From the IMG/VR virus record IMGVR_UViG_3300025610_000001: DNA of 64,000 bases. The stretch is one strand, 5' to 3'. Source of the stretch: a virus. Positions within the stretch are counted from its first letter, which is position 1. Each line of letters starts with the position of its first letter. Below are positions 32,837-41,623 of this stretch, piece after piece. The translations under genes and the position numbers were made by a program. The notes under the pieces were generated by a model. That model made no database searches. It was not told the origin of the DNA and worked only from the letters and a program-made list of their open reading frames with translations.

Positions 32837-34171
32837 ATGACTGGATATATTAACACAATTGCAGATTTAGAAGCACAAACATACGGAACAGGCACTTTTG
32901 CTGGCAATTCTTTGCTTAAGCAAGCAGGAATGGTTGGTGGCATTCATACAGGACATGATGGTGGCCCATCTTTTAGCGGTTCAGCCGTTTCAGATGTTTC
33001 AGCCCTATACAACGTCGTTTACGGACAAAAAGTTTGGTCTATGTTGAATAGAGAAGTAAATGCTCTTTCAATGATTTCAAAGCGACCATACTCTTCTAGC
33101 GGTTGGAGAGTTCTAAAGTCAAGACCTGCGGGTGGAAGCGGTAATCTATTTACTGTTGATACTTCGGGAACTGCTTCTTTAGGAGAATTAGGTTCTGATG
33201 ACCCAAGAGCAGATTTAATTGGTGGTGTTCCTGAAAACGCTGCATTGTCTACATCAGCAGATGGTTTAGGCCCAATTGCACCAACATATGCTCAATTGAA
33301 CATGAGTCCAAAGGTTATTGCTCATCAATTCGATTTCAGCGAATTGGCTATGGAAATGGCTCAGATTGACGATGGAATTGGCGATATTAGAGCGCAAATG
33401 CGTGAAGATATGGGCAAGCACCACGCAGAAGTTCAAAACAAGATGTTAGTTATGCCTTTGGAACATTTCGGTGAATCTGCGGCTATGCCTAACATTACTA
33501 ACAACTATACCTCATTAAACAAGGTTATCTCTTCAAGAGCAGAATTGTTGGCTATTGATGGTGGAGTTATCGCTACTGATACTACTTCTGCTTCTAACGC
33601 ATTAGGACAGATTTACGGTAGTGAGAGATTTACTGCCGCATCTTTCCTAGATTCTGAAGTTGATTTTGGTTCGGGATATGCTTCTGGAAATGTTCGTTCT
33701 TTGACTCTAACTCGTCTTAATGACATGATTAGAAACCTAAGACTTGCAGGTGGTTCACCAAAGGTTATTTTAACTGGATATGATACCATTCAAGCACTTG
33801 CTGACCTATTGCAAAGCCAAGAAAGATTTATGGACAGAAAGGAGATTGTTCCTACTGTAAATGGTGTTCGTGGAACAAAGGGTCAAGAAGTTGGATTTAG
33901 AGTTGCAACATACTATGATATTCCATTGATTCCTGTTAAGGACATGGCTACAACGGGTAATGCTTCAACAAAGTTATCTGACCTATTATTCCTCGATACT
34001 GACCATCTATGGCTTTCTGTTATGAAGCCAACTCAATACTTTGAGGATGGTATTGCGAATGGAAACCCATTTGGTGTTGGAACTCTCGGAAACCGAGCAT
34101 TGTATCGAACAATTGGTGAAGTCGGATGTTCCTTCTTTAAGGGTCAAGGTAAGATTACTAACATTCAATGA
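32837..34171 (+). CDS. Major capsid protein
   Basis: 444 aa, directly after the protease-scaffold gene. Less A/T-biased codon usage, typical of a highly expressed gene. No motif-level proof. Confidence 0.7.
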   Translation: MTGYINTIADLEAQTYGTGTFAGNSLLKQAGMVGGIHTGHDGGPSFSGSAVSDVSALYNVVYGQKVWSMLNREVNALSMISKRPYSSSGWRVLKSRPAGGSGNLFTVDTSGTASLGELGSDDPRADLIGGVPENAALSTSADGLGPIAPTYAQLNMSPKVIAHQFDFSELAMEMAQIDDGIGDIRAQMREDMGKHHAEVQNKMLVMPLEHFGESAAMPNITNNYTSLNKVISSRAELLAIDGGVIATDTTSASNALGQIYGSERFTAASFLDSEVDFGSGYASGNVRSLTLTRLNDMIRNLRLAGGSPKVILTGYDTIQALADLLQSQERFMDRKEIVPTVNGVRGTKGQEVGFRVATYYDIPLIPVKDMATTGNASTKLSDLLFLDTDHLWLSVMKPTQYFEDGIANGNPFGVGTLGNRALYRTIGEVGCSFFKGQGKITNIQ

Positions 34172-34202
34172 GGAAAGGAAAAGAAAAAGGAGATGATTTA
34201 TT

Positions 34203-34466
34203 ATGGCATGGACAACAACAGTTTTATTTGAAATGAATGTAGAAGGAAACCGAAAAATGGTATTTGGTAAGACAACAACCGATAGCGCAGATGATGATGT
34301 AGCAACGGGCTTAAGCCGTGTTGATTCATTTCTGTTCTCCCATTCAGGTTCGGCAGTAGAAGGCGATTCCGCAGTAATTAAGGAAACATTACCAAATACA
34401 GATGGAAACATCAATGTTATTTGCACATCAGGTGATGTTCTTTATTGGCTTGCAATTGGTCTTTGA
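34203..34466 (+). CDS. Small beta-rich head-associated protein, 87 aa
   Basis: Track ORF. Shares the GLSR[VI] segment and a ...GL C-terminus with the next gene. Confidence 0.6.
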   Translation: MAWTTTVLFEMNVEGNRKMVFGKTTTDSADDDVATGLSRVDSFLFSHSGSAVEGDSAVIKETLPNTDGNINVICTSGDVLYWLAIGL

Positions 34467-34476
34467 GGTGATTTAA

Positions 34477-34830
34477 TTGGCAAATACAGTTACATTATTA
34501 GCCGACCATAAGGGTTATACTAGACCTAGAGTTATGGGCGATGAATATATGGTTGATGCATCAATTGATATTCAAACATATAGCGCACCTGAAGTAGTTA
34601 CTGCTGCTTCTTTAGGATTAAGCAGAATTAATAGGGCTGTTATTACGAGAATAGGCGGAGGACAACAAAAACATAGTTTTAACCTTGTTGGTGGGTCTGA
34701 TAACCTAAACAACCTTTACTTAGAAGTAAATGTTGAAGATGGCACTAGCGGTATAGAAGCAGAATTGGCAGGTTCAAATACTTCCTTAGATGGAACGCCT
34801 ATTATTGTTAGAGTTTACGGTCTTATTTGA
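34477..34830 (+). CDS. Small beta-rich head-associated protein, 117 aa; possible paralog of 34203..34466
   Basis: TTG start after GAGGTGATTTA SD. Confidence 0.6.
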   Translation: MANTVTLLADHKGYTRPRVMGDEYMVDASIDIQTYSAPEVVTAASLGLSRINRAVITRIGGGQQKHSFNLVGGSDNLNNLYLEVNVEDGTSGIEAELAGSNTSLDGTPIIVRVYGLI

Positions 34831-34840
34831 GGTGATTTGA

Positions 34841-35203
34841 ATGGTTACTGTTAAATTGACAGAAAGTAGTCAATTAGGTGGTAGGTATGTTATTGAAGGA
34901 TTAGAAGGGAGGACTGAGATTACTCGGAATGATTCTACTTCTGTTCCTTTACGCAGGGCTATTGTTGCTTTATCTGATTCAAACCTTATGTTTGAGTTTG
35001 ATGAGTCAGATAGAGAAGGTCTGCTTAATCTTTCTGAAAAACTTTTAGAAATTGGTCTTAAAGAAATCGGAAAAGAAAGTGGAACTGCACAAGATTTGTG
35101 CGATGTTCTTCTTCCTAAGAAAGCAACCTCTAAACCTAAGAGCAAACCTAAGCCAAAGAAAACTTCAACAACGGCTAAAAAGTCTGCTTTAAGTGAAGAT
35201 TGA
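34841..35203 (+). CDS. Hypothetical protein, 120 aa, lysine/proline-rich tail
   Basis: Track ORF with GAGGTGATTTGA SD. Confidence 0.7.
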   Translation: MVTVKLTESSQLGGRYVIEGLEGRTEITRNDSTSVPLRRAIVALSDSNLMFEFDESDREGLLNLSEKLLEIGLKEIGKESGTAQDLCDVLLPKKATSKPKSKPKPKKTSTTAKKSALSED

Positions 35204-35254
35204 AACCGAAGTCTTAAGTAGGGAATCCTCCCTGCTCGTATTGAAGGTGATAAC

Positions 35255-35557
35255 ATGGCAAATCAGGTATGTCGTTCAAGTGGTGTTTTAGGTTCTGATG
35301 GAATTGTTAATAGGGAACAATCTCTATTGATTAGCATTCATGCAAACTTAATTATTGCAGGTAACGCTTTAGTTACAGTTAAGGTGTTTGATGGAACAAG
35401 TGCAAGTGGAACAGAAATAGCGAGAATTACTCATTCTGTAACAGGTCATTATAACATTGAATATGATATGCATGGAGTATTATGCAGAAATGGTATCTTT
35501 GTTCAGATTGTCGAGAACGGTTCTTCAACAGCAGAAGTTTCTGTTGAATTCGCTTGA
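35255..35557 (+). CDS. Hypothetical small protein, 100 aa
   Basis: Track ORF with AGGTGATAAC SD. Confidence 0.7.
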   Translation: MANQVCRSSGVLGSDGIVNREQSLLISIHANLIIAGNALVTVKVFDGTSASGTEIARITHSVTGHYNIEYDMHGVLCRNGIFVQIVENGSSTAEVSVEFA

Positions 35558-35566
35558 GGTGATAAA

Positions 35567-35965
35567 ATGCCAGCATTAAACACAGATACTCGTTTAGTTA
35601 TGACTATTCTCTTTGTTGGAACAGTAAGCGGTGCTAATGTTTTCTTTTATGCAACTTATGGGACTACTTTCCCATATACGCCTTTAGCACATTCTGTTCT
35701 CTTTGGTTTAATTACTGTTGGAACAATCATGGTTATGAAAGCCCTCTTTGATATTTCACTTAACGATAAGATTGAATTATGGTTATTAGACCGTAAGATT
35801 AGTGCTTATTGGGCTAGAATGGCAAGAGATGAAGAACAAAGAAAGAAACTTCAAGATACTGCTAAATCATACAATCTTTCTCCCTATGCGGGATTAGCAC
35901 CTATGGCACAGTCTTATGAATCAGAAAATACAGTTTCTTCTGATTTCTTGACTACGCTACAATAG
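35567..35965 (+). CDS. Membrane protein, 132 aa, two N-terminal hydrophobic helices
   Basis: Hydrophobic segments LVMTILFVGTVSGANVFFYA and VLFGLITVGTIMVMKALF. Confidence 0.65.
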   Translation: MPALNTDTRLVMTILFVGTVSGANVFFYATYGTTFPYTPLAHSVLFGLITVGTIMVMKALFDISLNDKIELWLLDRKISAYWARMARDEEQRKKLQDTAKSYNLSPYAGLAPMAQSYESENTVSSDFLTTLQ

Positions 35966-35973
35966 GTGAGTAA

Positions 35974-36192
35974 ATGGTTGTATCGGATTGGTTAGGTTTT
36001 AGCGATTCTGATTATGCGTATAATCAGCAAAGAGCGCATTCAGCAGACATTCTCTTTCTAAAAATGAGAATGTGGTTTTGGGCTAGTTGCGCTACGCTTT
36101 CAGCATTTTTAATTGGAAACATCATGGGTGTTTTTGATATTAATGTAATGGGTTGGTTATTTGATAACCTTCTCGGTGGGTGGGGTCATTAA
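35974..36192 (+). CDS. Small membrane protein, 72 aa
   Basis: Hydrophobic segment WFWASCATLSAFLIGNIMGVF. Confidence 0.6.
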   Translation: MVVSDWLGFSDSDYAYNQQRAHSADILFLKMRMWFWASCATLSAFLIGNIMGVFDINVMGWLFDNLLGGWGH

Positions 36193-36854
36193 TGTCATTA
36201 ATGACAGGCTTTGCTATTTTAGTCGGAGAAGCAATATTAGGTTTTTACAAAAAAGTTCATGCAATTAATTTTGGAGTATATGGTGCAACAATGGTTGGTA
36301 AAACTACATTACATCATCAATTAAGAACAAGAGGTGAAGTTCCGACAATACAGAAAAGAACTGTTGGTCGTCATCGAGCAACTAGAAAATCTATTAAATT
36401 AGATGGAGAAATGAATACTCTTAGAACATCAGATATTGGCGGAGAAGCAATGTATTGGAAAGAATGGGCTAAAGATATGCAAATGAGAAAAGTAAAATAT
36501 GTTATATTTATGATTGACCATAGGCATTTAGATAAAGGCGGTAATTTAGACCATCAGGTAGCATGGAAATTCTTAGTTGATACAATTACAAACGATAGGT
36601 GGCCTAGCGGTAAAAAGAAGAAAGAAGCAGATTATCCAATGGCAGTTGCTATTTGGGCAAACAAATATGATGTTTGGGGAGATAAATACAAGAGCGATGC
36701 ACCGATTGACAAGCATCCAATTTTTGAACCTTTTAAATATGGTATGCAAAAATTAAATAATGTAGGAATACCGACGCATAAATATATTGTATCGGCAAAA
36801 TCCCAACCCGAAGCAGTTTATCAAGGAATATTTACGATGATTAAGGATTATTGA
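36192..36854 (+). CDS. Ras-superfamily small GTPase (Arf-like G3) with a hydrophobic N-terminus
   Basis: G1 GATMVGKTT, G3 DIGGE, G4 NKYD, G5 SAK. N-terminus MSLMTGFAILVGEAILGF. TAATG overlap with the upstream gene. The track start is GTG 36180. Confidence 0.7.
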   Translation: MSLMTGFAILVGEAILGFYKKVHAINFGVYGATMVGKTTLHHQLRTRGEVPTIQKRTVGRHRATRKSIKLDGEMNTLRTSDIGGEAMYWKEWAKDMQMRKVKYVIFMIDHRHLDKGGNLDHQVAWKFLVDTITNDRWPSGKKKKEADYPMAVAIWANKYDVWGDKYKSDAPIDKHPIFEPFKYGMQKLNNVGIPTHKYIVSAKSQPEAVYQGIFTMIKDY

Positions 36855-36859
36855 TTATT

Positions 36860-37417
36860 ATGTGGTTCGATATTCTTAAAAGTTTAAGACGTTATGCTCT
36901 TTCAGATAGTGATAAAATAAATAAAAAAGAAAGGCCAACAGGAACAGGAAGTAAGCCTAGAGGATTATGGTATTCTTTTTCACTAGGACAGGGATGGCTA
37001 AAATTTATGCAAGAAGAAAGACATTATAATTTGCAAGGAAAGATGGATTCATATAAGTATATTTTAGAACTTGATACGTCTAGTGTTAATATTTTAAAAA
37101 TAAATACTAAAAAGAAATTAGATTCCTTTATTAAAATCTACAAAATAAATCCTTCAGATGATATGGATGCTAAATTTTGGTGGCCTTTGGTTGCTCTAAG
37201 GTATGATGGAATAGAATTTTCTAACGGTATGTATGCTAAACATGATACTATAAGAAGAAATTGGGATATGGATTCTGGTTGTATTTGGAACACCACTTCA
37301 TTAAAAATAAAAAAAGTTAAACCATTAGAAGAAAGACAAAAAACTTATGTAAACCCTAGTATGAGAGAATACTATAAAATGAGAGAAGAAGAGATGAAAC
37401 GAAGGGAGAAAGATTAG
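36860..37417 (+). CDS. W-tag protein (MWFDILKS...), 185 aa
   Basis: Trimmed from TTG 36851. This is the only W-tag gene outside the 5-23 kb region. Confidence 0.7.
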   Translation: MWFDILKSLRRYALSDSDKINKKERPTGTGSKPRGLWYSFSLGQGWLKFMQEERHYNLQGKMDSYKYILELDTSSVNILKINTKKKLDSFIKIYKINPSDDMDAKFWWPLVALRYDGIEFSNGMYAKHDTIRRNWDMDSGCIWNTTSLKIKKVKPLEERQKTYVNPSMREYYKMREEEMKRREKD

Positions 37418-38080
37418 ATGTATCAAAACAACATTATACAACAAGTAGGAACAAATGGCGCACCTGTCGGCAATACTGTTAATCAGAATGTGCCGAATAG
37501 ATTTTTGCCTAAATTACAACAGGCAAGAGCAAGTGGGCCAATCGAAGAATATAAGTTTAATAACTTTAAACCAAAGAAGAAACTAAAAGAATTAAGAAAG
37601 GTATTACTACCAGAAAAGAAGAAGTTTCTCTTTGTAAAATTCGGATATAAATTTAATCTCAAAGAAAGGTGTGTAGTTTGTGGAATGCATCATATTTGGG
37701 AAGCAGGAGATTATTTACGACCTCCTATTCCATTAGATAGAGTAGAGCGTGGAAGGCCATTAAGAGGAACTTATTGTCCTAAACATGCCGCACACCATAA
37801 ACAATTTGAAATGCTACAACAAGAAATTATTGCAGATGAACATGGATTAGATTTCAAAAGATTTATTCCTACTCCAAAAATGCCTAAAATGATGAAAGCA
37901 GGGCCAATTTATAATCTCACTAATGAGGATATTGTTGCCCTCTCATCAGTCGGATATGTTATAAAGCCCCCAGTCATATCACAAGATGAGTCGAAAGAGA
38001 GCGAAGTATTACGCTTAACATCGGAGTTAAAAACGATTAGTCAAAGACTTGATGTATTACTAAAAATTAAGGAGGAATAA
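37418..38080 (+). CDS. Hypothetical protein with a CVVCGMHH...CPKH metal-binding motif, 220 aa
   Basis: Track ORF. Confidence 0.7.
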   Translation: MYQNNIIQQVGTNGAPVGNTVNQNVPNRFLPKLQQARASGPIEEYKFNNFKPKKKLKELRKVLLPEKKKFLFVKFGYKFNLKERCVVCGMHHIWEAGDYLRPPIPLDRVERGRPLRGTYCPKHAAHHKQFEMLQQEIIADEHGLDFKRFIPTPKMPKMMKAGPIYNLTNEDIVALSSVGYVIKPPVISQDESKESEVLRLTSELKTISQRLDVLLKIKEE

Positions 38081-38082
38081 AC

Positions 38083-38739
38083 ATGGGAATGTTCGGAACA
38101 AGTAATGGAACTGTATTAAATGCAGTTCAACAACAATCAGATTCAAACTTTAAAACAGTTAATAACTTACTATCATTACAAGAAAATCACGTTGAAGAGT
38201 TCTTTCAGTATCATGGAGAACTTTTCTTAAAGTCATTGGAAAAGTTGATGGAAGACGTTATTGAAAGAGTAATGAGTCAAATGCTAGGAAAGTTAGCATT
38301 TGTTCAAGACTCCACAACAAACAGAATGAAAATTGATTCAGATGCTATGCGTGAGTTTGAGCGCATTACACAAGAGAATATTGATTTAGATTTAAAGAAT
38401 CTCTTAGATACCGCAATTAATACAGAAATTATTAATCAACGAAAACTTGCAAAACAGCAGTACCTAGAATCTCAAGGGTTCTCGGCAGGTGCAGGGCAAG
38501 TTTCAGCAGGTATGGCATTAGCAAACGTAACAGGAAATACTCAACAATTTAACCAAATGCAGGGTGCTATGAACAATGGTTCAGGTTATCCCGTTCCTCC
38601 AAATGGAACGGATGGATATGGTCGCCCATATTGGATTGACCCACAAACAGGACAAATGAGTTATGAGCCACCAACTTCAGGATTGGGCTTAGGTTCAGCA
38701 ATTCAAAAAGGTGCGGCATGGGCAAAATGGTTAATGTGA
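38083..38739 (+). CDS. Hypothetical protein, 218 aa, with a Q/N/G-rich C-terminal region
   Basis: Track ORF. Confidence 0.7.
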   Translation: MGMFGTSNGTVLNAVQQQSDSNFKTVNNLLSLQENHVEEFFQYHGELFLKSLEKLMEDVIERVMSQMLGKLAFVQDSTTNRMKIDSDAMREFERITQENIDLDLKNLLDTAINTEIINQRKLAKQQYLESQGFSAGAGQVSAGMALANVTGNTQQFNQMQGAMNNGSGYPVPPNGTDGYGRPYWIDPQTGQMSYEPPTSGLGLGSAIQKGAAWAKWLM

Positions 38740-38750
38740 GCGTGAATTAA

Positions 38751-40307
38751 ATGGTTAGTTTCTTATGGCGGGAATATCCCACTATTACCAAAGATGAAAC
38801 TAAGGTTAAAATTCAAAATGCTTTTTATGATGTATTAAAAGGAGTTTCTAAAGTTGATAATTTCACTTCAGAAATTGATGCTTCTTTAAATAGCATTAAA
38901 GAAGGAACAAAAGAAGAACTTATAAATTTTATTCAGAATGCAATAGATGAAAAGATGGAAGATACTACTATTGAGAAGGCTTTTCATGATGCTGGAATTT
39001 TAGAAATTTATAAAGGGTTAAGCAAAGGTTCTGAGAAGTCGCAAGATATGGGATATATTAAAAGAATTATGAAAAACTTTGATAAGTCTTTGAAAGATTT
39101 AGAGAGTAGTTCTTCTTTGCAAAGACAGATTGAATTAAGAAGTAAAGATGTTAAACCTGATTCTATTGATTTGATGAGTTCTAATTTTGGAGAAGATAGA
39201 CTTAAAGATGTTCTTCTTCAGTTTTCAACAGAAAAAGGTGAAAGCGGTCAAGGGCTTCCATTTGTATCTACTAAAAATATGAAAACTGCTGAGGATTTAA
39301 TTCGATTTCAAAGACTTGACCCCAACAAAGAAGGAGAAGAAATGATTAGACTTAAAAATGCTATTATTTTTAAGACAAAAAAAGATTTCATTGATTGGCA
39401 AGAACTCACAAAGAAAAATCTATTATTAGAAGAAGGAGTTTTTTCGTCTTCCAGAAAGTCAAATAGAAAGGACAAAAAAGAAATAGATAATTTAATTTTA
39501 AAAGAATTAGATATTGAAAGCAACGTATATAAAAATCGTAAAGAATTAGAAGAAAAATTTCAAAGCGGGAACAAGGAGGAAAAAAACAGGGCATTGACGG
39601 AATTAGTATTTAACGTAATCCGAGAAAATGAATTAATCATTAGAGAATACTTAACTCCTATATTAAACAACCCTTATTTGATTTCAGAAATTATTTTGAA
39701 AATTACTCCTAGTCTTAAAAAACCGACATTAAGCGTTCTAGAACTAACCAATACTGATATGACAATTATTTTTAAATATTTAACGTCGGGTAAACTAACA
39801 AATTCAGACTTAAAAGATGTTACAAAGGAAAAATTTATTCAACCTTTATTTGAAAGTGTTGATGGAAAAATGCAACCGATTAGAGAATTACCAGAAAATA
39901 AAAGAGAAGAATTCTTAGAAGAAAATTTTGGAAAGAATGAATTTGTTGATAGGGTCTTAGCAAAAGTAGAAAGTAGTCCACCTAAAAACATAGATAGAAT
40001 GAAAGATGATTTTAGAATAATTATAAATGAATTAAAAAAGGAAGGAAAACCAGTTAAATTACAAGTATATGGAAAAGGATTCTCAATAGAAGAACCCGTA
40101 AAAGCAGGATTTAAGCGTTCAGAAGAAAAAGGAATCAAAGAAAGCGACATTCTTTCTAACTTAACCGTAGATATTACAATAGAATTTAAACATGAAAAAA
40201 TATTACGAATCGAACCTACAACATTAAAATCAGAAGATTCAAATAAAGTAGAAGCGTTTATGGATAAACTAGCAGATATAGTTGATGAACTAGAAGACTT
40301 AAGGTGA
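38751..40307 (+). CDS. Large K/E-rich orphan protein, 518 aa
   Basis: Track ORF. Confidence 0.8.
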   Translation: MVSFLWREYPTITKDETKVKIQNAFYDVLKGVSKVDNFTSEIDASLNSIKEGTKEELINFIQNAIDEKMEDTTIEKAFHDAGILEIYKGLSKGSEKSQDMGYIKRIMKNFDKSLKDLESSSSLQRQIELRSKDVKPDSIDLMSSNFGEDRLKDVLLQFSTEKGESGQGLPFVSTKNMKTAEDLIRFQRLDPNKEGEEMIRLKNAIIFKTKKDFIDWQELTKKNLLLEEGVFSSSRKSNRKDKKEIDNLILKELDIESNVYKNRKELEEKFQSGNKEEKNRALTELVFNVIRENELIIREYLTPILNNPYLISEIILKITPSLKKPTLSVLELTNTDMTIIFKYLTSGKLTNSDLKDVTKEKFIQPLFESVDGKMQPIRELPENKREEFLEENFGKNEFVDRVLAKVESSPPKNIDRMKDDFRIIINELKKEGKPVKLQVYGKGFSIEEPVKAGFKRSEEKGIKESDILSNLTVDITIEFKHEKILRIEPTTLKSEDSNKVEAFMDKLADIVDELEDLR

Positions 40308-40312
40308 TACAA

Positions 40313-41617
40313 ATGGGAACAGTTCGCTCGCCAAGTGATTATACCACAATCAATGTAGATTATTCTACTGGAAGTGGTTTTTATACAGACAAGGGAGCAG
40401 TTTCTGATTTGCTTCAAGTTTCAGCATTTTCCGCCTCCACAAACCCCACGCAAGCGCAGGTCGGTTCTATCATTAAGAGGGTCGAGGGAATCATAGATGA
40501 CAAAGTTAAGAGGTCGTTTCGCCCGATTATTACTCAACATGAATATCATAACTTTGAATTCATTAGGCATCCCGCTAGAGCATACTATGGTGGCTATGTT
40601 GGATATGTTCAACTTTCTATGATGAAAGTAAGAAAGATTGTTTCTCTTCAGGTATGGCAGGGAAGTAGTTATATTGAATTGGCATCAGCACAAGCAAAAA
40701 TCGAACTACTTGAGAATTATAGAGACATTTATTCAATAGTATTGCAATTGCCAAATAGCGGAACAGAATTTGAAATGCTTTCAGAAGATACAGGTTCTCT
40801 ACAAAAAACAGAATTTAATACATCTTTTGGAGAAAAGACAACTGCTAATGAATTAGTTGCTTTAATCAATGAACAGTTCCCATCGCCAACTGCACAATTT
40901 ACAGGTGCAACAGAAGCAAAAGAATTACATGTTAGTAATAGAAATATTTCAGATTTCTTTTACGCACAAAAGAATACAGAAAATTCAAAGGAAGTATTTA
41001 TTTCTTCACTATTGGCTGGTGAAGATGGTTCTGATTGCACAATTAAAGTAAAGACTCAACAAGCAATAACTCATACAAATGGAAGTTTTAATCTTGTTGT
41101 TGCTGATTCATCTAAATTAGTTGTGGGTATGGAGATTGAAGATAATCATATTCCAAGTGGAACTACAATTACTGCTATTGTAGATTCAACTAATGTTACT
41201 ATGTCTGCATCAGCAACAAATACTGGTTCAAGCACAGGAACATTTATCGCAACAAATACTTCTATTCCAACAATTTGCACAGTAACTCAATTTACAGATA
41301 AACAAGATGTAAGAAGATTAGGTTCTTTTTGGAATATCGGAGAAGAAGGTAAAATTTTCTTCTTGCAGGATTATCCATATCATACTCAGAATTCTATTAT
41401 TGTTTCGTATATTGCAGGAGATAATAGAGTACCTGCGGCTATTCACGAAGCAGCCACAAAATTAGTTGCGGCAGAAATACTGCGACATGATGACCAAACT
41501 ATCCTTATTGCTGATACTGGGGGCAATATATCAACCAAGGAAAAGTATGATATACTGCGAAAGGAAGGCATGGATATACTCAAAGGCAAGGGAGATTTAG
41601 TTTATTTCTTAGGGTGA
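40313..41617 (+). CDS. Head-tail adaptor-like protein with an inserted domain, 434 aa
   Basis: Trimmed from GTG 40304, which lies in the SD. The N-terminus resembles adaptor/connector proteins only in style. Carries the VGMxI..IPxxTTI...TMS module also present in the 2190-aa protein. Confidence 0.35.
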   Translation: MGTVRSPSDYTTINVDYSTGSGFYTDKGAVSDLLQVSAFSASTNPTQAQVGSIIKRVEGIIDDKVKRSFRPIITQHEYHNFEFIRHPARAYYGGYVGYVQLSMMKVRKIVSLQVWQGSSYIELASAQAKIELLENYRDIYSIVLQLPNSGTEFEMLSEDTGSLQKTEFNTSFGEKTTANELVALINEQFPSPTAQFTGATEAKELHVSNRNISDFFYAQKNTENSKEVFISSLLAGEDGSDCTIKVKTQQAITHTNGSFNLVVADSSKLVVGMEIEDNHIPSGTTITAIVDSTNVTMSASATNTGSSTGTFIATNTSIPTICTVTQFTDKQDVRRLGSFWNIGEEGKIFFLQDYPYHTQNSIIVSYIAGDNRVPAAIHEAATKLVAAEILRHDDQTILIADTGGNISTKEKYDILRKEGMDILKGKGDLVYFLG

Positions 41618-41623
41618 TTAAAG

